A stretch of 64,000 nt of DNA from an uncultured delta proteobacterium. Its GTDB lineage: Bacteria; Myxococcota; Myxococcia; Myxococcales; Myxococcaceae. The notes below the pieces were generated by a model that was given only the letters and a program-made list of their open reading frames with translations, did no database searches and was not told the origin of the DNA. A program made the translations under genes and the position numbers. Shown piece by piece: positions 41,718 through 51,896 of the stretch. Within the stretch, counting starts at the first letter, position 1. Each line of letters begins with the position of its first letter. Location: contig CAVYSY010000038.1 of the NCBI GenBank assembly GCA_963771175.1, forward strand, positions 64,001 through 128,000, read 5' to 3'.

Positions 41718-43202
41718 TCAGCTCATCCAGCTTCCGTCGGTGCGGGCGCTCCACTTGCGGGTGACCTTCTTCAGGTCCGTCCAGAAGCCAAGGCTGGACG
41801 TCCCCGTGATGTCGCCGTAACCGAACTTGGACTCGCCGGTACCGCCGAAGGAGAAGGGCTCGCGAGGCACGGGCACGCCCACGTTGACGCCCACCATGCC
41901 CACGCGCGCGCCCTCCACCACCGCCTGAGCCACCGCGCCGTTGGTGGTGAAGATGGAAGCCGCGTTGCCGTAGGGCGAGGCGTTCTCCACCTCCAGCGCC
42001 GCCGACAGCGTGGGCACGCGGACGATGGACAGCACCGGGCCAAACAGCTCCCGCTGTGCCGCCTCCATGTCCGGGCGCACGCCGTCGAGAATCGTGGGTC
42101 CGAGCCAGTGGCCACCCGCCCACTGCTCGCCCACGGGCTTCTTCCCGCGCCCGTCCACCAGCACCCGCGCTCCGGCCTTCTCCGCCGTGGCGATGGCCGC
42201 CTCCAGCCGCGAGAGGCTCGCCCGGTCGATGATGGCGCCCATGCCGCCGCCCACCTCCAGCCGGGAGGCGCGCTCCGCCACCTGGTCGATGATGCGCTGC
42301 ACGTCTCCCACCGCGAGCAGCACGCTGGCCGCCATGCAGCGCTGGCCGGCGCACCCGGTGAAGGAGTCCACCACGGCCTGCGTGGTGAGGGCCTCGTCCG
42401 CGTCGGGCACGACGATGAGGTGGTTCTTCGCTCCGCCGAGCGCCAGCACGCGCTTGCCCTGCGCGCTGCCCTCCGCGTACACGCGCCGCGCCACGGGAGA
42501 GGAGCCCACGAAGGCCACCGCGCGCACCTCCGGGTGGGCCACCAACGACTCCACCGTCTCGCGCCCGCCGTGCACCACCGAGAAGACGCCGCGAGGAATG
42601 CCCGCCTCCACCATGAGCTCGCCGAGCGCGCACGCGGTGAGGGGCACCTTCTCCGAGGGCTTGAGGATGAAGGCGTTGCCCACCGTCACCGCGATGGGGA
42701 ACATCCACAGCGGCACCATGGCGGGGAAGTTGAAGGGCGTAATCCCCGCCACCACGCCGAGCGGCTCGCGCCGGAACTCGCAGGTGACGCCGCGGCTCAC
42801 CTCCATCGCTCCGCCGGTGTCGAGGTTCTGCAGCGACAGCGCGAAGTCACACACCTCCAGCCCCTTGAGGATGCCGGCGCGGGCCTCGGCCACCGTCTTG
42901 CCGGCCTCGCTGGCGGCGAGGTGGGCCAGTCGCTCCAGGTTGGACTCGAGCAGCGCGCGGAAGCGGGCCATGAGCGTGGTGCGCTCGCGCAAGGGCGTGG
43001 CGCGCCAGCCGGGCACCGCGGCCCTCGCGGCCTCCACCACCTGAGCCACGCCATCCGCGGGCGTCAGGGGCACGCGGCCGATGACGCCTCCGGTGTACGG
43101 GCTGCGCACGTCGAGCAGAGAGGCATCTCGCGGAACGAGCCACTCACCTCCCACGAGGTTGCGGCAGGTGGTGACGCTCTCGGACAACTGGACGAAGGAC
43201 AC
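41718..43202 (-). CDS. mmsA: CoA-acylating (methyl)malonate-semialdehyde dehydrogenase
   Basis: ITPFNFPAMVPLWMFP, KPSEKVP, FVGSS, GGAKNH, GCAGQRCMA, GVNVGVPVP. Confidence 0.88.
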   Translation of the reverse strand: MSFVQLSESVTTCRNLVGGEWLVPRDASLLDVRSPYTGGVIGRVPLTPADGVAQVVEAARAAVPGWRATPLRERTTLMARFRALLESNLERLAHLAASEAGKTVAEARAGILKGLEVCDFALSLQNLDTGGAMEVSRGVTCEFRREPLGVVAGITPFNFPAMVPLWMFPIAVTVGNAFILKPSEKVPLTACALGELMVEAGIPRGVFSVVHGGRETVESLVAHPEVRAVAFVGSSPVARRVYAEGSAQGKRVLALGGAKNHLIVVPDADEALTTQAVVDSFTGCAGQRCMAASVLLAVGDVQRIIDQVAERASRLEVGGGMGAIIDRASLSRLEAAIATAEKAGARVLVDGRGKKPVGEQWAGGHWLGPTILDGVRPDMEAAQRELFGPVLSIVRVPTLSAALEVENASPYGNAASIFTTNGAVAQAVVEGARVGMVGVNVGVPVPREPFSFGGTGESKFGYGDITGTSSLGFWTDLKKVTRKWSARTDGSWMS

Positions 43203-43218
43203 TCGTGCTCCCCCTTGA

Positions 43219-43259
43219 GACGGCAGCGTCACGAGAACGGTGACGGCTGTGTCACGAGA
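43219..43259. promoter_or_regulatory. 18-bp imperfect direct repeat, possible operator of the URC operon
   Basis: GACGGCAGCGTCACGAGA and GACGGCTGTGTCACGAGA, 23-bp period, just upstream of the mmsA RBS. Confidence 0.5.
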
Positions 43260-43313
43260 GAGCTTACCAAGAGTGCTTGAGAACCCGGTAATCCGGGGGG
43301 GAGCGGAAAGGCC

Positions 43314-45584
43314 CTACACAGGGTCCATTAATAGACATTTGTCGAAAACGACGCGCTGCGCAGTGACACGGGCCCCGTCCCCGTCCGCCACCAGCGCGCG
43401 CAGCGTGTCGAGCTCCACCGGCTTGACGAGGTGGGTGTCGAAGCCCGCCTCGCGCGAGCGCTGACGATCCGAGGCCTGTCCATAGCCGGTGAGCGCCACC
43501 AGCCGCAGCCCCGCGCCACCCGGGCGCCGCCGCAACCGTCGCGCCACCTCGTACCCGTCCAGTCCCGGCAAGCCGATGTCGAGGAAGACCACCTCAGGAG
43601 CGAAGGCCTCCACGCACTCCAGCGCCGCCATGCCGTCGTAGACGACGGACACCTGGTGCCCATCCAGCTCCAGCACCTCGCCAAGCAGCTCGGCGGCGTC
43701 CACGTTGTCATCCACCACGAGCACGCGGCGGCCCTCGGAGGACACCTCCGGCGCGGGCCGCGAGTCCTCGCGCACCGGCACCCGCTCCGCCGGCAGCAGC
43801 GGCAGGCGCACCGTGAAGACGCTGCCCTGTCCCACGCCCTCGCTCGCCACCTCCACACGGCCGCCGTGCATCTCCACCAGCCGCTTCACCAGCGTCAGCC
43901 CCAGGCCCAGTCCGCCCTGCGCGCGGTCCAGCGTGCGCGCCACCTGCATGAAGGGCTTGAAGAGGTGGGGCAGCGCCTCGGCGGGGATGCCCATGCCCGT
44001 GTCCGCCACGCGCACCACCGCCTCGTCCTCCTCGCGCACCAGCGTCAGGGTGATGCGGCCACCTCGCTCGGAGTACTTGGCCGCGTTATGCAGCAGGTTG
44101 GTGAGCACCTGCTCCAGCCGCACCGGGTCCGCCTCCGTCCACACCGGCTCCCCCGGTAGCTCCGCGCGCAGGGTATGTCCCCGCGACTCGGCGAAGGGCC
44201 GCGCCGCCTCCACCGCGCGCGCCGCCGCTCCCACCACGTCCAGCGGGCGCTTCTGGAGGTGGATCTTCCCCCGCGTCACCCGCGACACGTCGAGCAGGTC
44301 ATCCACCAGGCGCCGCATGTGATGCACCTGACGCTCCACCACGTCGCGCTCCCGGCCGACGTCCTGGCCCTCCCGCTGCTTGCGCTCCATGAGTTGGACG
44401 GCGGTGAGCACCGGGGCCAGGGGATTGCGCAGCTCGTGGGCGAGCATCGCGAGGAAGTCGTCCTTGCGCCGATCCGCCTCGCGAAGTCGCTCCTCCACGC
44501 GGGCCCGCTCGGCGAGCGCCACGCGCAACCCATCCGCGCCCCGCTCCGCCTCGCCGCGCGCCCGAGCCTGGGCGAGCGACAGGATGAAGAGGGCCAGGCT
44601 CACCAGCACGCCCCCCACCGCGAAGGGAATCACCATCTGGCTCCGAGTGCCCTCCTCGAAGGCTGGCAGCGAGGAGAAGGCGAGCGTCCAGGGTCGCCCG
44701 GCCACGGTGAGCGTGGAGATGGCGGTGAGCATGGGCTTTTCGGAGAGCTCCTCGGGACGGTGCGAGCGGTGCAGCAGGTTCTCGGGGTCCACCACCGGTC
44801 CGTCATGGAGATGGAAGGCCACGCGGGGCCGCCGCTCGGTGCCGAAGATGCCGTTGAGCAGGTCGTCCGCGCGGAAGGGGCTGTAGACGAAACCGACGAG
44901 CGCCTCGCGCCTCGCCTCCACCGTGGCCGGCACATCGCCGCCCCGATAGACGGGCAGCAAGAGGAGGAAGCCGGCCTGCTTCTGCTCGTGGATCTCCTGC
45001 TTGAGCGTCACCTTGGCGGAGAGGGCGGGCACCCCGGTGTCCCGCGCCCGGTCCATCGCCTCGCGGCGGATGGGCTCCGAGTACATGTTGAAGCCCATGG
45101 CCGCCCGGTTCCGCTCATCGAGCGGCTCCAGCAGGACGATGGAGTGCAGCTCCCCGTTGGGGCTCTCCGGCCAGACGCGGAAGTCCCGCAGGCCCGCCAC
45201 CTCGTGCGCCCACTGCTCGATCTCGGGACGCTCCTGGTGCGAGAAGCGCCGGCTGAAGCCGATGCCCTGGATGCCCGGGTAGAACTCCTGCACCTGGAGC
45301 AGCCGCACGAACTCGGAGAACTCGCGTGGCGTCACCTCGCGCTGAGTGGCGAACAAGCCACTGGTTCCCCGCAGGAGCGCCACATGGGCATCCAACCGCC
45401 GCTGGATTCGGTCGGAGGTCGACTGCACCACGTTCTCGAAGCGCGCCTGGTCCCTCGCCCGCGCGTTCACCCCCAGCAGCAGACTCATGCCGAGCGTGAC
45501 GAGCAGGGAGAGGATCAGGACGACCCCGGGGACGAGCTGGCGAGGGAGCCGGCGCAAATGCGGATGGCGGAGCAGTGTCTTCAT
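43314..45584 (-). CDS. CHASE-domain hybrid histidine kinase
   Basis: TM segment, CHASE motifs (YPGIQGIG, NRAAMGFNM, RREAMDRARDTG, GFVYSPFR), second TM, AHELRNPL, NAAKY, C-terminal receiver FLDIGLPGLDG. Confidence 0.9.
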   Translation of the reverse strand: MKTLLRHPHLRRLPRQLVPGVVLILSLLVTLGMSLLLGVNARARDQARFENVVQSTSDRIQRRLDAHVALLRGTSGLFATQREVTPREFSEFVRLLQVQEFYPGIQGIGFSRRFSHQERPEIEQWAHEVAGLRDFRVWPESPNGELHSIVLLEPLDERNRAAMGFNMYSEPIRREAMDRARDTGVPALSAKVTLKQEIHEQKQAGFLLLLPVYRGGDVPATVEARREALVGFVYSPFRADDLLNGIFGTERRPRVAFHLHDGPVVDPENLLHRSHRPEELSEKPMLTAISTLTVAGRPWTLAFSSLPAFEEGTRSQMVIPFAVGGVLVSLALFILSLAQARARGEAERGADGLRVALAERARVEERLREADRRKDDFLAMLAHELRNPLAPVLTAVQLMERKQREGQDVGRERDVVERQVHHMRRLVDDLLDVSRVTRGKIHLQKRPLDVVGAAARAVEAARPFAESRGHTLRAELPGEPVWTEADPVRLEQVLTNLLHNAAKYSERGGRITLTLVREEDEAVVRVADTGMGIPAEALPHLFKPFMQVARTLDRAQGGLGLGLTLVKRLVEMHGGRVEVASEGVGQGSVFTVRLPLLPAERVPVREDSRPAPEVSSEGRRVLVVDDNVDAAELLGEVLELDGHQVSVVYDGMAALECVEAFAPEVVFLDIGLPGLDGYEVARRLRRRPGGAGLRLVALTGYGQASDRQRSREAGFDTHLVKPVELDTLRALVADGDGARVTAQRVVFDKCLLMDPV

Positions 45585-45800
45585 CAACGAGCAGGTGGAT
45601 CCGGACGACAACGCGCCAGCGGCCCGCATCCCTCCCGGCGCCTCGCAGCGGGAACCGCCCGCGCCAGGGGCTCTCCCTTTGCGGCCGATGGCGAACGCCC
45701 ACCTGCCCTTCCGAGTCGCTTGCTCGCTCCAGGCCCTGGTTTGGACTCTGGCCATGTCGGACAGGGCGACACGGCCAGGCATGGCGGCCCGGTGGGGAGG

Positions 45801-46979
45801 CTAGTCGCGGCGGTACATCGTCACCACGCACGCCCCGCCGAGGCCGAGGTTGTGCTGCAGGGCGACGCGGGCGTCCTCGACCTGACGCTGCTCGGCCTGA
45901 CCGCGGAGCTGCCACACGAGCTCGGTGCACTGCGCGAGGCCGGTGGCGCCCAGCGGGTGGCCCTTGGAGAGCAGGCCGCCCGAGGGGTTGGTGACGAACT
46001 GCCCACCGTAGGTGTTGTCCCCGTCCCAGATGAACTTCTCCGCCTCGCCCTCCTTGCACAGGCCGAGCGCCTCGTAGGTGAGGAGCTCGTTGGCGGTGAA
46101 GCAGTCGTGCAGCTCGATGACGTCCACGTCCTGGGGACCGAGGCCGGACTTCTCGTAGACCTGCTTCGCGGCGAGGGCGGCCATGTCGAAGCCGATCATC
46201 TTGATCATGCTGTCGCCGAAGCTGGAGGGCAGGTCCGTGGTCATCGACTGGGCGGCGATGTACACGGGGTTGGAGATGCCCAGCTTCCGGGCGAAGTCAT
46301 CCGAGCAGACGATGGCGGCGGCGGCCCCGCAGGTGGGCGGGCAGCACTGGAAGCGCGTGAGCGGGTCGAACACCTCGTCCGAGGCCAGCACCTCCTCCAC
46401 CGAGAGCGTCTGGGTGAAGAGGGCGTAGGGGTTCTTGCTGGCGTGCTTGCGGGCCTTCTCGGAAATCTTGGCGAAGGTCTCGCGCTTCGTGCCGTACTTC
46501 CAGCGGTACTCCCGACCGGCGCCGCCGAACATCTGCGCGGCGAAGGGCGACTGGTTCATGCCCTGGGCCCGGTTCATGGTGTCCACGTGGCGCTCGAGCG
46601 GGTTGGCGCGGTCGTCGTACTTGGAGCCGAGCGCGCCCTTCTCCATCTTCTCGAAGCCGAGCGCGAGCACGCACTCGGCCATGCCGCCCTCGACGGCCTG
46701 GCGCGCGAGGTAGAGCGCGGTGGAGCCGGTGGAGCAGTTGTTGTTGACGTTGATGACGGGGATACCGGTGAGGCCCACCGAGTAGACGGCGCGCTGGCCG
46801 CAGGTGCTGTCGCCAAAGACATAGCCGGCGTAGACCTGCTGGATGTCGCCGTAGGCGATACCCGCGTCCTTGATGGCCGCGTGCGCCGCCTTGCTCGCCA
46901 TCACGTCGTACTCCTCGCTGGCGCCCGGCTTGGCGAACTTCACCATCCCCACTCCGATGACATTGACCCGACGTCCCAT
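45801..46979 (-). CDS. SCP-x type thiolase (lipid-transfer protein)
   Basis: [55 protein letters not shown]. Confidence 0.9.
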   Translation of the reverse strand: MGRRVNVIGVGMVKFAKPGASEEYDVMASKAAHAAIKDAGIAYGDIQQVYAGYVFGDSTCGQRAVYSVGLTGIPVINVNNNCSTGSTALYLARQAVEGGMAECVLALGFEKMEKGALGSKYDDRANPLERHVDTMNRAQGMNQSPFAAQMFGGAGREYRWKYGTKRETFAKISEKARKHASKNPYALFTQTLSVEEVLASDEVFDPLTRFQCCPPTCGAAAAIVCSDDFARKLGISNPVYIAAQSMTTDLPSSFGDSMIKMIGFDMAALAAKQVYEKSGLGPQDVDVIELHDCFTANELLTYEALGLCKEGEAEKFIWDGDNTYGGQFVTNPSGGLLSKGHPLGATGLAQCTELVWQLRGQAEQRQVEDARVALQHNLGLGGACVVTMYRRD

Positions 46980-47026
46980 GGTTGTTGTCCCTTTCTCTTG
47001 GAGCCGTGTAATGGCCATCCGGTGGG

Positions 47027-49636
47027 TTACAGGAGGAAGCGCAGGCGCCGGGCCGCCAGCACATCCCCGTCCACACGCAGCTTGCCCTGCATGTAGAGCC
47101 GCGTGACGGACTGCGGGTCCTGCTTCAACGTGACCAGGTCCTCGTCGGCGATGCGAATCGTGGTGTCGGGCTTCTCGACGGTGCCCTCGCGCACGCCCGC
47201 CGAGCCCTTGGCCGCCACCACCCAGGAGCCCTGGGGCTCGGTGACGTGGAACTGGATGACGGCGTCCACCTCGCGGGCGACTTCCGGCTTCTGCGCCAGC
47301 CGCTCACCGAGTTCCTTGAAGATGGCCGGAGCACGGGCCGTGAGTTGCTGGCTGGCGCTCTTGAAGCTGGCCTTGGCCTCGGCTGCCGCGTTCTGGGCCG
47401 GGGACGACTTCGCGGCGCCCGAGCCCTCAGCAGCAGGCGCGGAGCCGACCTTGGCGAGGAACCCGAGCTTCTGCGAGGCCATCACGTTGCCGGTAATCTT
47501 CAGCTTGCCGCCGAAGTAGAGCTTCTGCGGGTCCGCCTTGCCCGAGGTCATCGCGAGGAAGTCCGCGTCGGTGAGCTCCAGGGTGCAGTCGGCCTTGCCC
47601 TGCGCGCCCTCCTGCACCGAGCCGGCGCCGTTCTTGAGGTCCAGCGTCCAGGCGCTGTCCGGCTGGGTCAGCTTGAACAGGTAGACATTGGCCACCTTGC
47701 CGACGAGCTCGGGGTGCTGCTCCACGTAGGCGCGGAGGGCCTCGAAGACGCGGGCACTCGCGGAGGCCCCACCGGAGGCCGCGGCGGGAGCGCTCGCCTG
47801 CGCGGGGGCCGCGGGCTTCACCTGGGCCTTGGGGACTTCCTTGTAGAGCTCGACGGCGGCGTTGCTGATGACGACCTTGTCGCGCTCGACGACCTTGCAG
47901 CGGACGATGATGCGGTCGCCCTCCTTCCACATCTCGGTGCGGAGCGTCTCACCGGGCAGCACGGTCTCGGCGAAGCGGACGCGGATGCTCTTGAAGAGAC
48001 GCGGGTCCCCCTCGGCGAAGGCCTTGATGACGTGGCGGCCCACGTACCCGAAGGTGCACAGGCCGTGGAGGATGGGCCGCTTGAAGCCGAAGTTCCGGGC
48101 GAGCTCGGGGTCGGCGTGCAGCGGGTTCCAGTCACCCGACAGGCGATAGAGGAGCGCCTGGCTCTCGTGCGTCTTCTCGGTGATGACGGCGTCGGGAGCG
48201 CGCTCGGGCGGCACGTTGATGTCGCTCGACGGCCCGCGCTCGCCTCCCCAGCCACCGGCGCCCCGCACGAAGGTGGTGATTTCGTTGCGCACGAGCGGCT
48301 CGCCCGTCTTCGCGTCGTAGCTGGTGACCTCGGTGACGACGAGCGCGTTCTTGCCCTTGTCGAAGATGTCCTTGATGCGGCCCTTGTGGCGCAGGGAGGC
48401 CGTGGAAGGCAGCGGGCGCAGCAGCTCGGTGTACTGCTCGCCGTGGAGGACGCGGTCCAGGCCGTAGTTGAGACCCGGGGCCTGCTTGCCCTCGGCCGAC
48501 AGCTTCAGGATGGTGTTGAGCGCGGGGATGACGCCATAGGTGGGCAGCGGGCGGAAGCCCTCGCCGTGGAGCTCGTAGACGTACTGGAGCTCCTTCGTGT
48601 CGAGCGGGTCCTGCGCGGCACCCACGCCCAGCGCATAGAGGGAGAGGTCACGCTCGTCGTAGGACGAGGTCGTCTCGGGGAACTCGTAGCCGAGCGCCGC
48701 GTCGACGTCGATGAACTCGTTGCCGCCCTTGCTCTGGGAGGAGAGGTTGTCCATCACCGGCTGCATGCTGGCGGCGATGTCCGCGGGGTGGGTGGCGTCG
48801 GTGAAGTCGGTGATGGCCTCCCACGACTGCTGGATGGCCTCGGGGGTGATGGCACGGCCGAGCTTGAAGACCTTGCCGTGGGTGCGCTCCCAGCGCAGCT
48901 TGGCCATGAAGCCGCCGCCCACCTCGAAGAGGGAGCCGGACTCCTGGCAGTCCTCGTGGCAGAGCCAGGTGACGAGCGGGCTGACGTACTCGGGCTTGAG
49001 GACGTTGACGACCTCCGGAGGCAGCACGGTCTCGGTCAGGCGGCAGCCGGCGATGGGGGCAATCGCGTTGACGAGGACGTTCTTCTTGCGGCCCTCGATG
49101 GCGAGCGTGTTGGCGAAGCCCACGAGGCCGAGCTTGGCCATGCTGTAGTTGGCCTGGCCGAAGTTGCCGTAGATGCCGGCGGCCGAGGCGGTGAAGATGA
49201 TGCGGCCGTAGCCCTGGTCGCGCAGGTGGGGCCAGGCGGCGTGGGTGACGCGGAAGGCGCCGAGCAGGTGGACGCGGTAGATGAGCTCCCAGTCCTGCTC
49301 GCTCATCTTCTGGAAGCTGGTGTCGCGCAGGATGCCGGCGTTGTTGATGACGATGTCCAGGCGCTTGAAGGTGTCGAGCGCGGTCTGGACGATTTTGGTG
49401 CCGTCCTCGACGGAGTCGTAGTTGGCGACGGCCTCGCCGCCCGCGGCCTTGATTTCGGCAACGACCTTGTCGGCGGCCTCGGAGCTGCGCCCGCCACCGG
49501 TGGTGGCCCCTCCGAGGTCGTTGACGACCACCTTCGCGCCACGGCTCGCGAGCAGCAGCGCGTGCGAGCGGCCCAGACCATTTCCGGCGCCGGTGACGAT
49601 GGCGACCTTTCCGTCGAAACGAAGCTCGTTGCCCAT
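47027..49636 (-). CDS. peroxisomal multifunctional enzyme type 2-like protein (SDR, double hot-dog hydratase, two SCP2 domains)
   Basis: [40 protein letters not shown], hydratase-2 motif [20 protein letters not shown]; two SCP2-like ends ([16 protein letters not shown]). Confidence 0.9.
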   Translation of the reverse strand: MGNELRFDGKVAIVTGAGNGLGRSHALLLASRGAKVVVNDLGGATTGGGRSSEAADKVVAEIKAAGGEAVANYDSVEDGTKIVQTALDTFKRLDIVINNAGILRDTSFQKMSEQDWELIYRVHLLGAFRVTHAAWPHLRDQGYGRIIFTASAAGIYGNFGQANYSMAKLGLVGFANTLAIEGRKKNVLVNAIAPIAGCRLTETVLPPEVVNVLKPEYVSPLVTWLCHEDCQESGSLFEVGGGFMAKLRWERTHGKVFKLGRAITPEAIQQSWEAITDFTDATHPADIAASMQPVMDNLSSQSKGGNEFIDVDAALGYEFPETTSSYDERDLSLYALGVGAAQDPLDTKELQYVYELHGEGFRPLPTYGVIPALNTILKLSAEGKQAPGLNYGLDRVLHGEQYTELLRPLPSTASLRHKGRIKDIFDKGKNALVVTEVTSYDAKTGEPLVRNEITTFVRGAGGWGGERGPSSDINVPPERAPDAVITEKTHESQALLYRLSGDWNPLHADPELARNFGFKRPILHGLCTFGYVGRHVIKAFAEGDPRLFKSIRVRFAETVLPGETLRTEMWKEGDRIIVRCKVVERDKVVISNAAVELYKEVPKAQVKPAAPAQASAPAAASGGASASARVFEALRAYVEQHPELVGKVANVYLFKLTQPDSAWTLDLKNGAGSVQEGAQGKADCTLELTDADFLAMTSGKADPQKLYFGGKLKITGNVMASQKLGFLAKVGSAPAAEGSGAAKSSPAQNAAAEAKASFKSASQQLTARAPAIFKELGERLAQKPEVAREVDAVIQFHVTEPQGSWVVAAKGSAGVREGTVEKPDTTIRIADEDLVTLKQDPQSVTRLYMQGKLRVDGDVLAARRLRFLL

Positions 49637-49933
49637 TCAGTCTCCTTGCGGGGCGAGAGCAGACGACGGGACGAGGCGTTTGACAAGTGAGTCAATCTCG
49701 CCCGCCGCACTGCGTCGACGACCCTCACCACCCGTGCGACTCCAGACGGAGGACCTACCGCCCCCACATCCCGGCAGTCGCTCCTATTGGTGGCAGCGAG
49801 AGCATTGGCCCCGCCCTGACGCCGCATGGAAGGCGGCTGTTCCCATCACCACCCTGACGACGCGGCAAACGGGGCGAGCCCCCCTCCCAGGGCCCGCCCG
49901 AAGAGGGACGAAAGGGAGACGGAGGAGGCAGAC

Positions 49934-50479
49934 ATGCGAGGGACGTGGACGAAGGCAGCGCTCATCACGGTCGTCGCGGTGCTGGGGTCGATGGGTTGCG
50001 GTGGTCCGATGGAGGAGGCGGGTGCCGTCGAGGAGCTGGACGAGGTGGCGCAGGAAGAGGCGGGGGACGTCAGCGCGCTCACGGAGACCTACCCGAAGTG
50101 CCAGGGCGTCGAGGTGAGCCCGAGTGTGCTCTGGCCGCCGAACCACAAGTTCGTCTGCGTCAAGCTGAGCGGCGCGAAATACATCAACATCAAGTCGGTG
50201 ATGCAGGACGAACCGGTGAATGACGGGGGTGACGGCAACACCTCACCGGATGCGAAGTTCAAGGACGGCAAGCTGTGCCTGCGAGCGGAGCGCAGCGGCC
50301 AGGGGGATGGGCGCGTGTACTGCATCAAATTCACGGCCAAGGACAAATACGGCAATAAGTGCAAGGGCACGGTGGAGGTCGGCGTCCCGCATGACCAGGG
50401 CCAGGGCTCGGAGCCGATCAACTCCGGGTGCAAGTACAACTCGTTCGGCTACGGCTACGACCACGACTGCGACTCCTGA
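49934..50479 (+). CDS. hypothetical lipoprotein with an LWPPNHK-type domain
   Basis: Lipobox-like SMGC; LWPPNHK, QDEP, LRAERSGQGDGRVY, VPHD; GGAGG RBS. Confidence 0.75.
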   Translation: MRGTWTKAALITVVAVLGSMGCGGPMEEAGAVEELDEVAQEEAGDVSALTETYPKCQGVEVSPSVLWPPNHKFVCVKLSGAKYINIKSVMQDEPVNDGGDGNTSPDAKFKDGKLCLRAERSGQGDGRVYCIKFTAKDKYGNKCKGTVEVGVPHDQGQGSEPINSGCKYNSFGYGYDHDCDS

Positions 50480-50556
50480 TAGCGACCGCGGAAGGACTCG
50501 GGCTCGGCCCTCTCGTATAGGGAGAGAGTCGGGCCCTTGCCCGTCGATGCAGCGAC

Positions 50557-51021
50557 TCAGAGGGCTGGCACGGCGCTCGGGAAGGGGCGGAAGCCGAGCG
50601 CGGCCTCCACGGTGGCGCGCAGCTCGCCCGCGGCCCACGGCGTGGCGAGGGCGAAGTGGATGATGCTGGACTGACTGAGGGTGGAGGCCTCCTGGGGGCG
50701 GAACCTGCCGGACAGGAGGAGGCGGGGGCCGGGGTAGCCGCGCTCCACGAGGCCAGCGAGGAACTCCGCCGCCCGCTTCGCGTCCGCGAGCCCCAGGTCG
50801 ATGAGAATGGCGGCGGGGGCCGGCTCGAGGTCCAGCAAGGGCTCGGCGAGGGAGAAGGTGTTGGCGGGGAGCAGCTCGAAGCCCGGGGACAGCTCCCGCC
50901 GGACGGTCTCGCGGAGAGCGGAGTCGTCGGCCACGAGGAGCACACGGATATCGCCGGAGGTGCTCCGATTCAGGGAGCGTCCGTCACCCTGCGGCTGTCG
51001 GGAAGGAGGCTCGGTCGGCAC
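50557..51021 (-). CDS. atypical single-domain response regulator (start uncertain)
   Basis: RVLLVADD, ILIDLGL, LLLSG; the conserved KP is replaced by TP (ATPW). Confidence 0.6.
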   Translation of the reverse strand: MPTEPPSRQPQGDGRSLNRSTSGDIRVLLVADDSALRETVRRELSPGFELLPANTFSLAEPLLDLEPAPAAILIDLGLADAKRAAEFLAGLVERGYPGPRLLLSGRFRPQEASTLSQSSIIHFALATPWAAGELRATVEAALGFRPFPSAVPAL

Positions 51022-51119
51022 GGACCCAGAGTAACGCCGGGAGAGAACGGGGGGCAACGCAACTCCCTTTCCTCCAAGGGGTAGCACAATGAGCGACCGC
51101 TCGCGCTCCCGCTGGCCGA

Positions 51120-51761
51120 CTAGCCATGCTGGGGGTGTGGGGACACGGCGTAGGCCCGGAGGAACGTCTCCAGGTGGTCCTCCAGGAAGCGCTCCACGTC
51201 CAGCGGCCTGCAGCGCGCGCCCGAGAGCTGCACCTGGTGCAGCAGGCCGAGCACCACCGGGCATACCAGCTCCAGCGCGGCGTGGCGCACGTCGCAGCGC
51301 CGCAGCTCCCCCTCCGCGATGTGGCGCGACAGCCGCGCCTCCGCCGCCTGCAGCGTGGGCTCCAGCATCTCCTGCACGTACACGGGGCCCAGCGTCTCGT
51401 GGCCCACGCTCGCGGTGAGGCCGAAGGCATGCGCCGCCCCCACGCCCATGCGCCAGCCCAGGAGGAGGGATTGGAGGAACCACTGGAGTGACTCGCGCAC
51501 CGGACCCCGGGGCTCGGTGGCCGCGGCGTGCAGGTGCGGCAGGCCGCGCCGGTGCAGGTCCACCATCACCTCGGCCAGCAGCGCCTCGCGCGAGCCGAAA
51601 TAGTGGCGCAGCGTGGCCACGCTCACCCCGGCCACCTCGGCCAGCTCCCGGAAGCTCGTCTGGGCCCCGTCCGGCGCGAGCAGTCGCACGCGCACCGCCT
51701 CCAGCAGGCGCGCTCGCTCCTTCTCGTAGTCCGCGTTGCGGCTCCCCTTCACCCGGGCCAT
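51120..51761 (-). CDS. TetR family transcriptional regulator
   Basis: HTH TSFRELAEVAGVSVATLRHYFGSREALL; divergent from the Rieske oxygenase. Confidence 0.88.
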   Translation of the reverse strand: MARVKGSRNADYEKERARLLEAVRVRLLAPDGAQTSFRELAEVAGVSVATLRHYFGSREALLAEVMVDLHRRGLPHLHAAATEPRGPVRESLQWFLQSLLLGWRMGVGAAHAFGLTASVGHETLGPVYVQEMLEPTLQAAEARLSRHIAEGELRRCDVRHAALELVCPVVLGLLHQVQLSGARCRPLDVERFLEDHLETFLRAYAVSPHPQHG

Positions 51762-51896
51762 GCCCTTGAATAACCCGCCTGGGGTAGGAAATCCATTTCC
51801 CGCCCCTCTTGTATCTCCCCTTCCCGCACTTCGACTTGAAATTAAATAAACCACCCTGAATATTCTAACCGAGAGCGCTGGAAGCGGGAGGACTGC

